The notes under the pieces were generated by a model that did no database searches, had not been told where the DNA came from, and saw only the letters and a program-made list of their open reading frames with translations. A DNA stretch of 64,000 bases from a bacterium (GTDB lineage: Bacteria > Zhuqueibacterota > Zhuqueibacteria > Residuimicrobiales > Krinioviventaceae). Position numbers and translations under genes: made by a program. The stretch lies in contig OY843751.1 in assembly GCA_963693055.1 (NCBI GenBank), forward strand, positions 1,888,001 to 1,952,000, given 5' to 3'. Shown in pieces: positions 38,280 to 48,649 of this stretch; within the stretch, counting starts at the first letter, position 1; each line of letters starts with the position of its first letter.

Positions 38280-40589
38280 ATGAAACAGGGCTTAATCTCC
38301 ATTATGGTTGTATTTTTATTGTCTCTTTTCTCTTGCAGTCTGAAAACAGAGTGGATTGATTATGTTGATCCGTTGATTGGTACGGGCCCCAGCACAACCA
38401 TAAGCAATATGAAGCATGGTTCTGAACATGTAAATTATGCAAATGCACAGGTCATTCCGGCTGTTACCATGCCATTTGGCATGACAAACTGGACTCCCCA
38501 AACCCGGGAAACTGAAAAAAAATGTAATGCACCATTTTATTATACTGATCCCTATGTTCAGGGATTCCGGGCCAGCCATTGGTTAAGTGGATCTTGTGCT
38601 CAGGATTACGGCAGCTTTACTATTATGCCGGTTACCGGAGAATTAAAATGTTCGCCATCTGTTCGTGGTTCCCATTTTGATCAGAATTCGCAGATTACCA
38701 CCCCTGCGTATTATGCCGTAGAATTGGAAAATTATCAAGTAAAAGCCGAGATGACGGCAACTACCCGAAGTGCAATTTTTCGTTTTACTTTTGAAAATTC
38801 AGATTCTGCATTTATACTTGTAGATACCAACAGCGATGAAGGCCAAGGTTTTATTCAGATCGATCATGAGAAAAATGAGATTGTTGGTTATAATCCTGTT
38901 CACAGACTCTATCAGGGAATTGGTAAATATGCAGGATTTAAAGGATATTTTGTGATAAAGTTCGATAAATCTTTGCAGAATTTTGGTGTTTATCAGGAGA
39001 ATACTCCAAAATACAAGCAAAACAAAATAAAGGATGAAAAAAATATCGGTGGTTTTGTCGCTTTTCAGGTAAATGCCGGTGATGAGTTATTGGTCAAAGC
39101 TGCTTCATCTTTTACCAGTATAGAACAAGCCAGGAAAAATCTGGATACTGAAATACCCCATTGGGATTTTGAGCAAGTACACCAAAATATTCGTGATCAT
39201 TGGAATGATTTATTGGGCCGCTATGAAATTAAATCTCAGAATAAAGAAGATTATGTAAAATTTTACACTTCTATTTACCATTGTTATCAGCAGCCAAGAA
39301 TTGTTAATGATGTTGATGGTACCTACACCGGATTTGCACAGGATGATAATGTTTACCAAGCTAATGGATATAACTATTTTGATGATTTTTCCATGTGGGA
39401 TACTTACAGAGCATTACATCCCTTGTATACCATCATGAACACCAAAGAAACAATCTCTATGATTAAATCCATTGTTTTAAAAGCAGAACAAGGTGGCTGG
39501 CTGCCTATTTTCCCCATGTATAACAGCTATACTTCTGCTATGATTGGGGACCATATGATTTCTCTGGTTGGCGATGCATATTTGAAAGGTATTGATGATT
39601 TTGATGTAGAGACCGCATATAAATATATGCGTCAGAATGCATTCAAGTCTCCGGAATCTTTAAAAGATTATGCAGATGGCAAAGGACGACGTTCTTTGGG
39701 TTCGTATCTCAAATACGGTTACGTACCGGTAGAAGATCCGGTACTTTATGCTTTTCATAAACGGGAACAAAGCTCACGTACACTGGAATATGCCTATGAT
39801 GATTTTGTGCTTGCGGAAATTGCACAAAAGCTGGGAAAAACAGATGATTATAATAAACTCCTTGAGCGGGCGCAATTTTATAAAAATGTATATGACCCCA
39901 ATATCGGTTATCTGCGTGGCAGACATGAAAACGGAAGTTGGGTTGAAAATGCAGATTATAAAAAACCTCAAAAATACGTGACCGAAGCAACTCCATTTCA
40001 TTATTCCTGGTATGTTCCACATGATGTGGCTGGTTTAATTGATATTATGGGTGGAGTAGATTCGTTTACAGCAAGACTGGATACATTTTTTGTAGAAACC
40101 CATTATTGGCATGGAAACGAACCCAGTCATCAGGTGGTTTATATGTACAATTTTGCTGGTCATCCGGAAAAAGCACAACAGACAATCCGAAAAATATTAA
40201 AGGAAGAATATGGTATAGGCCCCGGTGGTTTGAGCGGTAACGACGATTCAGGACAAATGTCTGCTTGGTATTTGTTTTCCGTATTGGGATTTTATCCTGT
40301 TTGTCCGGGTGTTCCTGAATATGTAATTGGAACCCCATCATTTGATACTGTGAACTTGACATTAGAAGATGGAAAGAAATTCAAGATTGTTGCGCACAAT
40401 AATTCTGACGACAATTGTTATATTGAATCTATAAAACTCAATGGTAAACCCTATAACAAGACTTTTATAAATCATAAAGATATTGTCAGCGGTGGAAAAC
40501 TGGAATTTTTTATGACTTCTGATCCCAACACGGGGTGGGGAAGTGAGAAAGACGCTGTTCCTTATTCTTTGTCAAATAGAAAGCAGTAA
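38280..40589 (+). CDS. GH92 alpha-mannosidase, lipoprotein
   Basis: Lipobox LFSC, YVDPLIGT, PFGMTNWTPQT, WDTYRALHPL, MIGDH, SRTLEYAYDD, HGNEPSH, GNDDSGQMSAWY. Confidence 0.95.
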   Translation: MKQGLISIMVVFLLSLFSCSLKTEWIDYVDPLIGTGPSTTISNMKHGSEHVNYANAQVIPAVTMPFGMTNWTPQTRETEKKCNAPFYYTDPYVQGFRASHWLSGSCAQDYGSFTIMPVTGELKCSPSVRGSHFDQNSQITTPAYYAVELENYQVKAEMTATTRSAIFRFTFENSDSAFILVDTNSDEGQGFIQIDHEKNEIVGYNPVHRLYQGIGKYAGFKGYFVIKFDKSLQNFGVYQENTPKYKQNKIKDEKNIGGFVAFQVNAGDELLVKAASSFTSIEQARKNLDTEIPHWDFEQVHQNIRDHWNDLLGRYEIKSQNKEDYVKFYTSIYHCYQQPRIVNDVDGTYTGFAQDDNVYQANGYNYFDDFSMWDTYRALHPLYTIMNTKETISMIKSIVLKAEQGGWLPIFPMYNSYTSAMIGDHMISLVGDAYLKGIDDFDVETAYKYMRQNAFKSPESLKDYADGKGRRSLGSYLKYGYVPVEDPVLYAFHKREQSSRTLEYAYDDFVLAEIAQKLGKTDDYNKLLERAQFYKNVYDPNIGYLRGRHENGSWVENADYKKPQKYVTEATPFHYSWYVPHDVAGLIDIMGGVDSFTARLDTFFVETHYWHGNEPSHQVVYMYNFAGHPEKAQQTIRKILKEEYGIGPGGLSGNDDSGQMSAWYLFSVLGFYPVCPGVPEYVIGTPSFDTVNLTLEDGKKFKIVAHNNSDDNCYIESIKLNGKPYNKTFINHKDIVSGGKLEFFMTSDPNTGWGSEKDAVPYSLSNRKQ

Positions 40590-40627
40590 TAAACTGTGAT
40601 ACTCATTATATCGTAAAGAACAATATA

Positions 40628-40657
40628 CCGTCGCATTTAATTATTGAAATGTGACGG
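40628..40657 (+). terminator. Imperfect hairpin after GH92
   Basis: CCGTCGCATTT...AAATGTGACGG; no clear U tail. Confidence 0.4.
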
Positions 40658-40866
40658 GAATAAACTTGTCTAAAAATGGATACAGTAACAAGAGTGTCTT
40701 TAGAAAAAACATTGAGATTTAATAAAAAATAACTATATTAAAAAATATTTATTTTATCGCAAATATGTTATGAAGCTATTATAAAATAACATAAATTGTC
40801 AGATAACTTTTCTAATTAATTAATCTGGTTTGAAATTATTTTTATTTAATTTAAAACGGATATAAA

Positions 40867-42906
40867 ATGCGTAAACTAGTTTTCTACTTTGTTGTAATAT
40901 TTTTTACATCAATTTTATCTGCAGCAGATTTGGTCAGGTATGTTGATCCTTTTATCTGCTCGGCGGGAGACCACGGTCAACTTGATCCGTCAGCCAATGT
41001 TCCCTTTGGAATGATCAAATTGGGACCCCAGACACTTTCCGGTGGTCATACCGGATATGATTATAATGCCAAAGAAATATCAGGTTTTACCCATACACGC
41101 TTGATGGGTGTAGGTTGTAGTGGCGCAGGTGGAGTATTGCTAACCAAGCCAGGATTAGGTGAGCCAAATGCAGACGCTATAGAATATCTCAAAAACAGCG
41201 AAACTGCTTCTCCCGGGTACTATGCTGTGAAATTCGTGAATGGTATTCAAGCCGATATGACAATTAATCAACATGTGGGTTTGCAGCGTTTTACTTTTCC
41301 TCAATCGGGTAAAGCATATATCATGATTGATCCTGCAGCTTCATTAGAGGAGGTGTTGAGCTCGGAATACGATGTTCGGTCAAATCGTGAAATTACTGGT
41401 AGAATAACTGCTAAAAATAATTGCAGATTTGGTATGTATACCAATTATTATGTAATTAATTTTGATAAGGCATTTGATTCTGTAGTTAAAAAAGATGGCA
41501 AGGTGTTTCTGGTTTTTTCTTTAAAACAAGATGAATCTGTAATCATGAGTGCTGCGCTGTCTCCTTTGAGTGTTGAACAGGCCAGGGAGGATTTGTATTC
41601 AGCATTAATGAATAAATCCTTCGATACTGTTAAAACAGAGGCAAAACAGGCTTGGGAGAATATTTTTGACCGTGTTGTTGTTGAGGGTAAAGAAGAGTAT
41701 AAAACCTTGTTTTATACCCATCTGTATCATTCCTGTTTATCACCTTTCAACAGCACAAGTTCTTCAGGTACATACAAGGGAACGGATAATAAAATCTACA
41801 AGGCAGAAGGCTATACCCATTATGATTCGTGGTCCATTTGGGATACGTTTCGTACAAAATTTCCCCTTGTAACTTTGCTTGAACCCGGGTTGATGCGGGA
41901 TTTCTGTTTGTCGCTGGTTGATTTGTACAATACCGGTTTAACGTATCAACCGAGTAACAGCGAGCCTATTGTTACATGCCGTACAGAACATGCATCCATA
42001 GTTTTGCTGGATGCGTGGAAAAAAGGCATTCCCCTTGATTTAAAAGCAGTATATCCCAAACTGGTAGAAGAAACGAAACAGTTTTCTACCGATTCTCCTG
42101 ATAAAAAGCTGGAAGCTGCTTATGATTACTGGTGTTTGGCAGAGATTGCTAAAATTGTAGGAAATAATGCTGACTATGTAAAATATTCACAAAAGGCCGG
42201 GATGTATAAAGACATCTGGGTGGAAAAATTCAAAGTCATGAATGAAAATGCAGACATCATGCATGGTGATGGTTTATATGAAGGAACACTCTGGCAGTAC
42301 CGCTGGTTTGTTCCTCAGGACATTCCGGGATTGTTGGAATTGTTTGAAGGAAAAGACAATTACACCAAAGATTTGACTTATTTCTATGAAAACGATCTTT
42401 ATAATCACGGAAATCAACCGGATATTCATGTGCCGTTCATGTTTGCATTCAGCAATTCACCCTGGTTATCACAAAAATGGGTAAATGAAATATTGACCAA
42501 AGATACAAAAAATTATTATGGTACCCATGTGAAATGGGACAAGCCTTTTGTTGGTAGAATTTATAACACCAGTCCGCAAGGGTATATACCAGAGATGGAT
42601 GATGATGATGGAACCATGTCTGCCTGGTATGTATTTGCGGCAATGGGTTTATATCCGTATTGTGTGGGTAAACCAGAATACGTGATTACCACCCCTATTT
42701 TTGATAATATTAAAATAAATCTTGAAAATGGTAACCCGTTAGAGATTAAAACCAAAAATTTTTCTGATGAAAATTACTATATTCAATCTGTAACGTTTAA
42801 TGGAAAAAAAATAAATTCGGCAATAATTACCCACGAGCAGCTGATGGAAGGCGGCGTTCTGGAGTATGAATTGGGAAACAAACCCAATACTAAATTATTC
42901 AAGTAA
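40867..42906 (+). CDS. GH92 family glycoside hydrolase (divergent, short)
   Basis: YVDPFI, PFGMIKLGP, WSIWDTFRT, LEAAYDYW, YEGTLWQYRWFVPQD, HGNQPD, DDDDGTMSAWYVFAAMG. Confidence 0.9.
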   Translation: MRKLVFYFVVIFFTSILSAADLVRYVDPFICSAGDHGQLDPSANVPFGMIKLGPQTLSGGHTGYDYNAKEISGFTHTRLMGVGCSGAGGVLLTKPGLGEPNADAIEYLKNSETASPGYYAVKFVNGIQADMTINQHVGLQRFTFPQSGKAYIMIDPAASLEEVLSSEYDVRSNREITGRITAKNNCRFGMYTNYYVINFDKAFDSVVKKDGKVFLVFSLKQDESVIMSAALSPLSVEQAREDLYSALMNKSFDTVKTEAKQAWENIFDRVVVEGKEEYKTLFYTHLYHSCLSPFNSTSSSGTYKGTDNKIYKAEGYTHYDSWSIWDTFRTKFPLVTLLEPGLMRDFCLSLVDLYNTGLTYQPSNSEPIVTCRTEHASIVLLDAWKKGIPLDLKAVYPKLVEETKQFSTDSPDKKLEAAYDYWCLAEIAKIVGNNADYVKYSQKAGMYKDIWVEKFKVMNENADIMHGDGLYEGTLWQYRWFVPQDIPGLLELFEGKDNYTKDLTYFYENDLYNHGNQPDIHVPFMFAFSNSPWLSQKWVNEILTKDTKNYYGTHVKWDKPFVGRIYNTSPQGYIPEMDDDDGTMSAWYVFAAMGLYPYCVGKPEYVITTPIFDNIKINLENGNPLEIKTKNFSDENYYIQSVTFNGKKINSAIITHEQLMEGGVLEYELGNKPNTKLFK

Positions 42907-42942
42907 TCCACCAAACCGAATTGAAAAACAGGAGTATACTTT

Positions 42943-43512
42943 ATGAACACCGCAATTAAAGATGCAATTGCCTTCCATAAACAGGCAATTGATGAATTTG
43001 AAAAAAACAGCCCGGCGTTATTACAAGAGATCGCCGATGCAATTACTAAAAGTCTGAATAACAAAGGTACAGTATACCTTTGTGGTAATGGTGGCTCTGC
43101 TGCCGATTGCCAGCATATAGCAGGTGAATTTGTAGGACGTTTTCGCAAAGAACGTAAAGCGTTGCCGGGAGTGGCATTGTCAACAGATACTTCGGTAATT
43201 ACCTGTCTTGGCAATGATTATGATTATAAAGATATTTTTTCACGTCAGGTTGAAGCATTGATGGACAGCCAGGATATGCTGTGGGCTTTTTCAACCAGTG
43301 GCACATCTGCTAATGTTATTAAAGCCGCAAAAGCAGCCAAAGAAAAAGGTGCCAAAGTTATAGCTTTTACAGGAAAAATCAATAGCGAACTGGAAAAGAT
43401 ATCTGATTACTGTATCTGTGCAAACGCCAACTGGACCAGTACCTCCCAGGAAGTACATCAGCTTTCTTACCATATTATATGTGATATTGTCGAACAGAAC
43501 TTTGTAGAATAG
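42943..43512 (+). CDS. gmhA: D-sedoheptulose 7-phosphate isomerase (SIS domain)
   Basis: CGNGGSAADCQHIAGEFVGRF, ALSTDTS, NDY, FSRQVEAL, STSGTSANV, QEVH...HIIC. Confidence 0.9.
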   Translation: MNTAIKDAIAFHKQAIDEFEKNSPALLQEIADAITKSLNNKGTVYLCGNGGSAADCQHIAGEFVGRFRKERKALPGVALSTDTSVITCLGNDYDYKDIFSRQVEALMDSQDMLWAFSTSGTSANVIKAAKAAKEKGAKVIAFTGKINSELEKISDYCICANANWTSTSQEVHQLSYHIICDIVEQNFVE

Positions 43513-43527
43513 AAATTTGAGGGAATA

Positions 43528-45432
43528 ATGAAAATTGAACGTGTCCGTGAGATCACTGAAAAGATTAAAGATGTAAAAATCGCTGTTTATGGAGATTTTT
43601 GCCTGGATGTATACTGGCCGCTTGATCCAAAGGGTGGTGAAATGTCAGTAGAAACAGGTATTCAGGCAGAAGCTGTCAGTCAGCAAAGTTATTCGCTTGG
43701 TGGCGCTTCAAATATTGTTGCCAATTTGGCTGCGCTTAATCCTGCTCTGATCAAGGTAATTGGCGTTAGAGGTGATGATGTTTTTGGTAGAGAACTTGAA
43801 CGTCTGTTAAAAGAAAAAAAAGTAGATACCAGTGAACTGTTTATTCAAAAAGAGAATTTTGATACATTCACTTATATTAAGCGTATCCTGGAAGACAAAG
43901 AGCAACCCCGTATCGATTTTGGCTTTTTAAATAAAAGATCTGCTGAAACTGATGAAAAATTATTAGCAGGACTAGAAAAAGCCCTGCAGGAATTTGACAT
44001 TATAATATTCAACCAACAGGTTGTAGGCAGTATACCTAACAAGGCTTTTATTGAAAAGGTAAATGAATTGTGTCAAAAATATCCCGATAAAAATCTGGTA
44101 TTTGATTCACGTCATTATGGCGCCGAGTTTCATTATGTTTTGCGTAAACTGAATGATATTGAGGCAGGTATTTTAAATGGTGTTGAATATGAATCGACAG
44201 ATGTAATTACAGTTCAGGATGCTGAGGTATATGCCAAGGCCCTTTATGAACGTTCTAAAAAACCTGTTGTATTGACACGAGGCGGTCGTGGAATTCTGGT
44301 TTGTGATGAAACCGGAGTTACCGAGATCCCCGGTATTCAATTACTAAAGAAACTAGATACCGTAGGAGCGGGTGATACCACCATTAGTGCCCTTGCATTG
44401 TGTCTGGCTGCTGGTATTGAGACAGTTGATGCTGCCCGTTTTGCCAACATGGCTGCGGCTGTAACGGTGCAAAAACTCTATACAACCGGAACCGCAAATG
44501 CAGAAGAAATAATGCAAATTGCGAGTGACACCAACTATTTATATCAACCGGAACTCGCTGATGATCCACGTAAAGCACAATATTTCAAAGATACTGAAAT
44601 AGAGTTGACATACAGTCAAGATTCTATGCAATTTGGCAGAATTAAATTTGCTGTGTTTGATCATGATGGTACCATCAGTACTCTACGTCAGGGCTGGGAA
44701 GCCATTATGGAGCCCATGATGGTTAAAGCGATTTTGGGTGATCAGTATGAAACCGCTGGTGAAACCCTGTATCATAACGTTGTTCAACGTGTTCGTGATT
44801 TTATAGATCAATCTGTTGGAATTCAGACCATTTTACAGATGGAAGCTCTTGTGGAACTGGTAAAAGAATTTGGTATAGTTCCGGAAGACCAGATCCTTGA
44901 TAAATTTGGTTACAAAGAAATTTACAATGATGCATTGATGATATCTGTTCGTAAACGTATGGCAAAGCTGGAGCGTAAAGAATTGAGCACTCCAGATTGG
45001 ACCATGAAAGGTGCTGTTGAATTTTTGCAATTGATGCGTGAAAAAGGCGTAACTTTGTATATGGCAAGCGGAACTGATAAAGAAGATGTTATTAACGAAG
45101 CCAAAACTTTGGGTTATGCTGACCTGTTTAATGGCGGCATTTATGGTGCTGTTGGCGATGTATCAAAATTTTCGAAAAAAATGCTCATTGAACAGATCAT
45201 GAAAGAGAATAACCTGCATGGATCAGAGCTGGTGGTATTTGGTGATGGCCCTGTAGAAATTCGTGAATGCCGTAAACGGGATGGTATTGCCATAGGTATA
45301 GCAAGTGATGAATTACAACGCCACAGCCTGAATATTGACAAACGTACCCGTTTAATCAAGGCTGGCGCACAGGTTGTCATTCCGGATTATTCTCAGCGTG
45401 ATTATTTGATGGATTTATTATTTAACGGTTAA
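43528..45432 (+). CDS. HldE/RfaE-like PfkB sugar kinase fused to a HAD-family hydrolase
   Basis: VYGDFCLD, LGGASNIVANL, DTVGAGDT, ANMAAAVTVQKL, then HAD motifs FDHDGTIS, ASGTD and FGDGPVE. Confidence 0.88.
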   Translation: MKIERVREITEKIKDVKIAVYGDFCLDVYWPLDPKGGEMSVETGIQAEAVSQQSYSLGGASNIVANLAALNPALIKVIGVRGDDVFGRELERLLKEKKVDTSELFIQKENFDTFTYIKRILEDKEQPRIDFGFLNKRSAETDEKLLAGLEKALQEFDIIIFNQQVVGSIPNKAFIEKVNELCQKYPDKNLVFDSRHYGAEFHYVLRKLNDIEAGILNGVEYESTDVITVQDAEVYAKALYERSKKPVVLTRGGRGILVCDETGVTEIPGIQLLKKLDTVGAGDTTISALALCLAAGIETVDAARFANMAAAVTVQKLYTTGTANAEEIMQIASDTNYLYQPELADDPRKAQYFKDTEIELTYSQDSMQFGRIKFAVFDHDGTISTLRQGWEAIMEPMMVKAILGDQYETAGETLYHNVVQRVRDFIDQSVGIQTILQMEALVELVKEFGIVPEDQILDKFGYKEIYNDALMISVRKRMAKLERKELSTPDWTMKGAVEFLQLMREKGVTLYMASGTDKEDVINEAKTLGYADLFNGGIYGAVGDVSKFSKKMLIEQIMKENNLHGSELVVFGDGPVEIRECRKRDGIAIGIASDELQRHSLNIDKRTRLIKAGAQVVIPDYSQRDYLMDLLFNG

Positions 45433-45451
45433 TAAGGTTTTTAGGTGTTGA

Positions 45452-47149
45452 ATGAAAAGAAGACGATTCTTACAACTTGCAGGAGCTGTTTCTTTAACGG
45501 TTGCCAATAGATTTACTTTTGCTTCAGCTTTAACAGAGTCAGATGTGTTTAAAACACTCGTTCGGCAAAATGATGATCTGGTGAAAAAGCTTTTGCAGGA
45601 CCAGGAGACGGATGCATCGCATCAATGGTATGGAGCCATTCGAAACGATAATGGTATACATTATCCCATATTAACGGCTAATTATATCTGCTATCTGGTC
45701 AGTGCTTTTGTTACTCTGGAATCAAAATATTACAAATCCAACGAGTTGGTTAGATCGTTAGAACTTGCTGTGAACTATATGAACAATGTGCAGCATAAAG
45801 ATGGTACCATTGATCTGCTCTCTACGAATTTTCATTCAACACCGGATACTGCGTTTGCTGTGGAATGGATTGCCGTTGCTTATACTATTTTGGACCAATC
45901 ATCCTTTGCTGAAATGAACTCGTCAAAAGACGCATTGGGCCGGTTTTTAAAAAGTGCTGGAAATGCACTAACAGTGGGTGGTATCCATACACCGAACCAT
46001 CGCTGGGTTGTCAGCATGGGATTGGCCCGTATTCATCATTTATTTCCGGATGAAAAGTATGTTAAACGCATTAATCAATGGCTGAATGAGAAAATTGATA
46101 TTGATGTGGATGGCCAATTCAATGAAAAAAGCACTGCTATTTATTCTCCCACAGTTGATCGATGTCTCTTGACGATTGCCAGATTATTAGATAAAACGGA
46201 ATTGTTCGAACCTGTTCGTAGAAATCTCGATATGACAAAGTATTATGTACATCCCAATGGCGATGTGGATACAACCGCATCGAGACGACAGGACCATGGA
46301 AGACGGATGAGCATGGCTCCATATTATTATTCTTACCGTTATATGGCATTAAAAGATAAAAACGGTCAATATGCATCCATGTGCAAATTGATTGAAAATA
46401 CTGCGATTGATGAATTAAAGATGGATTTGCCACTATTGATTGAAGATAAAAGTTTAACACAATCATTAACCCATGTACGTCCTTTACCAACCCATTATGC
46501 CAAACATTTTTCAGGTTCTGAATTGGTAAGGATTCGTCGTGGGGATAAAAGTGCAACAATTGCTGTGAACAATTCTACATTTTTCTCATTTTACAAAGGA
46601 AATGCCGCCTTGACCGGATTACGTTTTGCTTCGTCATTTTTTGGTCGAAAAGGTCAATTCAGTGCAAACAACTTGCAAATTGAGGGGAATAGATATATAT
46701 TAACAAAAAAAGTAACAGGACCCTATTATCAACCTTATCCTGTTGAGGAACTACCGAATGATGGTGACTGGGAGAAGATGCCCAGAGCGAACCGGCCTTT
46801 GAGCGAGATCCAAACCTTGATTTCGGAAATCGAAATTGTAGAAAATGATGGTGAATTTACTGTCAATTTTCATATACACGGCACCGATCGCATTCCTTTT
46901 GCCATTGAACTGGGTTTTCGCGACAATGGAACGTTACAAGGCGTTGTACCGGTTCCCGGTATAGAGAATGCCTTCCTTTTAGAGTCGGGAATGGGCTCAT
47001 TCTCAATTGGTGATGATTTGATTCAATTCGGCCCGGGACAGGCCAAACATACATGGACCCAACTAAGAGGTGCGGAACCAAAACTTGAAGGTAAAAGTGT
47101 TTACATTACCGGTTACACACCATTGCAATATACTTTAAAAATCAGTTGA
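45452..47149 (+). CDS. Tat-exported hypothetical protein with (alpha/alpha) toroid, heparinase II/III-like architecture
   Basis: KRRRFLQ, DLLSTNFHSTPDTAF, GGIHTPNHRWV, IDIDVDGQFNEKS, SRRQD, SELVRIRRG. Confidence 0.65.
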   Translation: MKRRRFLQLAGAVSLTVANRFTFASALTESDVFKTLVRQNDDLVKKLLQDQETDASHQWYGAIRNDNGIHYPILTANYICYLVSAFVTLESKYYKSNELVRSLELAVNYMNNVQHKDGTIDLLSTNFHSTPDTAFAVEWIAVAYTILDQSSFAEMNSSKDALGRFLKSAGNALTVGGIHTPNHRWVVSMGLARIHHLFPDEKYVKRINQWLNEKIDIDVDGQFNEKSTAIYSPTVDRCLLTIARLLDKTELFEPVRRNLDMTKYYVHPNGDVDTTASRRQDHGRRMSMAPYYYSYRYMALKDKNGQYASMCKLIENTAIDELKMDLPLLIEDKSLTQSLTHVRPLPTHYAKHFSGSELVRIRRGDKSATIAVNNSTFFSFYKGNAALTGLRFASSFFGRKGQFSANNLQIEGNRYILTKKVTGPYYQPYPVEELPNDGDWEKMPRANRPLSEIQTLISEIEIVENDGEFTVNFHIHGTDRIPFAIELGFRDNGTLQGVVPVPGIENAFLLESGMGSFSIGDDLIQFGPGQAKHTWTQLRGAEPKLEGKSVYITGYTPLQYTLKIS

Positions 47150-47190
47150 TACTAAACATACCGTCACTCACTTAAACGAGGGAAGATGAA

Positions 47191-48468
47191 ATGAATACCA
47201 CTACCGCGTCGGCAGGCGCAGCGACTTCTGGAAACAGGAGAAAGTACCTTGTACCTTTTTTATTAATGACCCTGTTGTTCTTTTTATGGGGTGCTATCGT
47301 TTCTCTTAACGATATTTTAATACCTCACCTTAAAAGCCTGTTCAACATGAATTATACTCAAACCATGTTGATCCAGTTTTGTTACTTTGCAGCTTATTTT
47401 ACAATGGCAGTTCCAGCTAGTATGATAATTGGCAAGATTGGTTATAAACGAGGAATTGTTGTTGGCTTGCTCGTAGTAGGTGCGGGATGTTTAATATTCA
47501 TACCCGCAGCATATGTGATATCTTATGGCTTGTTCCTGTTTGGTCTTTTTGTTATGGCTACAGGTAATGTGTTTTTGCAAGTAGTAGGTAATCCGTATGT
47601 TGCAATTCTTGGTCCTGCTGAAACTGCATCCAGTCGTTTGAATTTTGCACAGGGTATTAATTCAATTGCTACCGCCTTGATGCCTTATCTTGGTGCTATT
47701 TATATTCTGGGTGATTTTGATAATGCTGCAGATCATGCTGCATCTGTTCAGGGACCCTATATCGTTCTGGCAGGTTTTGCAGTTTTGGTTGCAATTATTT
47801 TTGCAATTCTGCATTTACCCACTATTAAAACCGAGTCTAAAACCAAAGTATCTGGCAGTGTGTTGAGATTTCGTCAACTTCGCTGGGGTGTAATTGCCCT
47901 GACACTTTATGTTGGTGCAGAGGTGACAATTGGTAGTTTTATTGTGAATTTTTTAGGCGAGCCCTATATCGCTGGTATGGCAGAAAAAGCTGCTGCAAAA
48001 TATATCCCCTTGTATTGGGGTGGTTTAATGGTTGGTCGTCTGTTAGGATCAGCTATCCTGCAAAAGATTAAGGCCAATATCGTATTGGTTGTTGCTGCAG
48101 TTATGTCATTTATCCTCGTTTTTGTAACCATTCTGACCCAGGGTAAAGTTGCAATGTGGTCTATTTTGTTAGTAGGACTGTTTAATTCTATCATGTGGTC
48201 TAACATTTTTGCTATGGCAATTGACGGGCTGGGTGAGTATACTAATAAAGCTTCTGGTATTCTGGTTATGGCGCCTGTTGGTGGAGCAATTATTCCATTG
48301 TTGCAGGGTGTATTGGCAGATATTCCGCAAATCGGATTGCATAATTCATATGTATTGCCTTTACTTTGCTATCTGGTAATCCTGTTCTATGGTATTAATG
48401 GATACAAACCTGGTAAAGATGAACTTGATATAAAACTTGATAGTGCACTAAGTGGTGAAGCCGCTTAA
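47191..48468 (+). CDS. FucP/GluP-family MFS sugar:H+ symporter
   Basis: LFFLWG, LNDILIPHLK, LQVVGNPYV, ETASSRLNFAQ, YVGAEV, GLFNSIMW, GGAIIP; 12 hydrophobic segments. Confidence 0.93.
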   Translation: MNTTTASAGAATSGNRRKYLVPFLLMTLLFFLWGAIVSLNDILIPHLKSLFNMNYTQTMLIQFCYFAAYFTMAVPASMIIGKIGYKRGIVVGLLVVGAGCLIFIPAAYVISYGLFLFGLFVMATGNVFLQVVGNPYVAILGPAETASSRLNFAQGINSIATALMPYLGAIYILGDFDNAADHAASVQGPYIVLAGFAVLVAIIFAILHLPTIKTESKTKVSGSVLRFRQLRWGVIALTLYVGAEVTIGSFIVNFLGEPYIAGMAEKAAAKYIPLYWGGLMVGRLLGSAILQKIKANIVLVVAAVMSFILVFVTILTQGKVAMWSILLVGLFNSIMWSNIFAMAIDGLGEYTNKASGILVMAPVGGAIIPLLQGVLADIPQIGLHNSYVLPLLCYLVILFYGINGYKPGKDELDIKLDSALSGEAA

Positions 48469-48480
48469 TTGTTAACCGAC

Positions 48481-48526
48481 TGTAATATTTGCAGGGCTCT
48501 GGTGCTCTGCAAATATTGCATTTTTT
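48481..48526 (+). terminator. Rho-independent terminator
   Basis: TGTAATATTTGCAGGGC...GCTCTGCAAATATTGCA with G-U pairs, followed by TTTTTT. Confidence 0.75.
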
Positions 48527-48649
48527 AATATATGTAATATTTACCCCATAATATCCAGAGTTCGTCTATACATTCGGATTCTTTTTTCATTTTGAGTAAT
48601 AATGCGTAAAATTTCAATTGTACAGAATTTTTAACACTGTTAATCCTGA

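Noticed and set aside
40590-40866. Long AT-rich intergenic region as possible ncRNA or CRISPR leader
   Set aside because: No repeat-spacer pattern or stable structure beyond one weak hairpin; consistent with a promoter region.
42943-45432. Standard ADP-heptose/LPS biosynthesis cluster
   Set aside because: No adenylyltransferase, hldD or glycosyltransferases are present and the context is catabolic. Not fully excluded without the rest of the genome.
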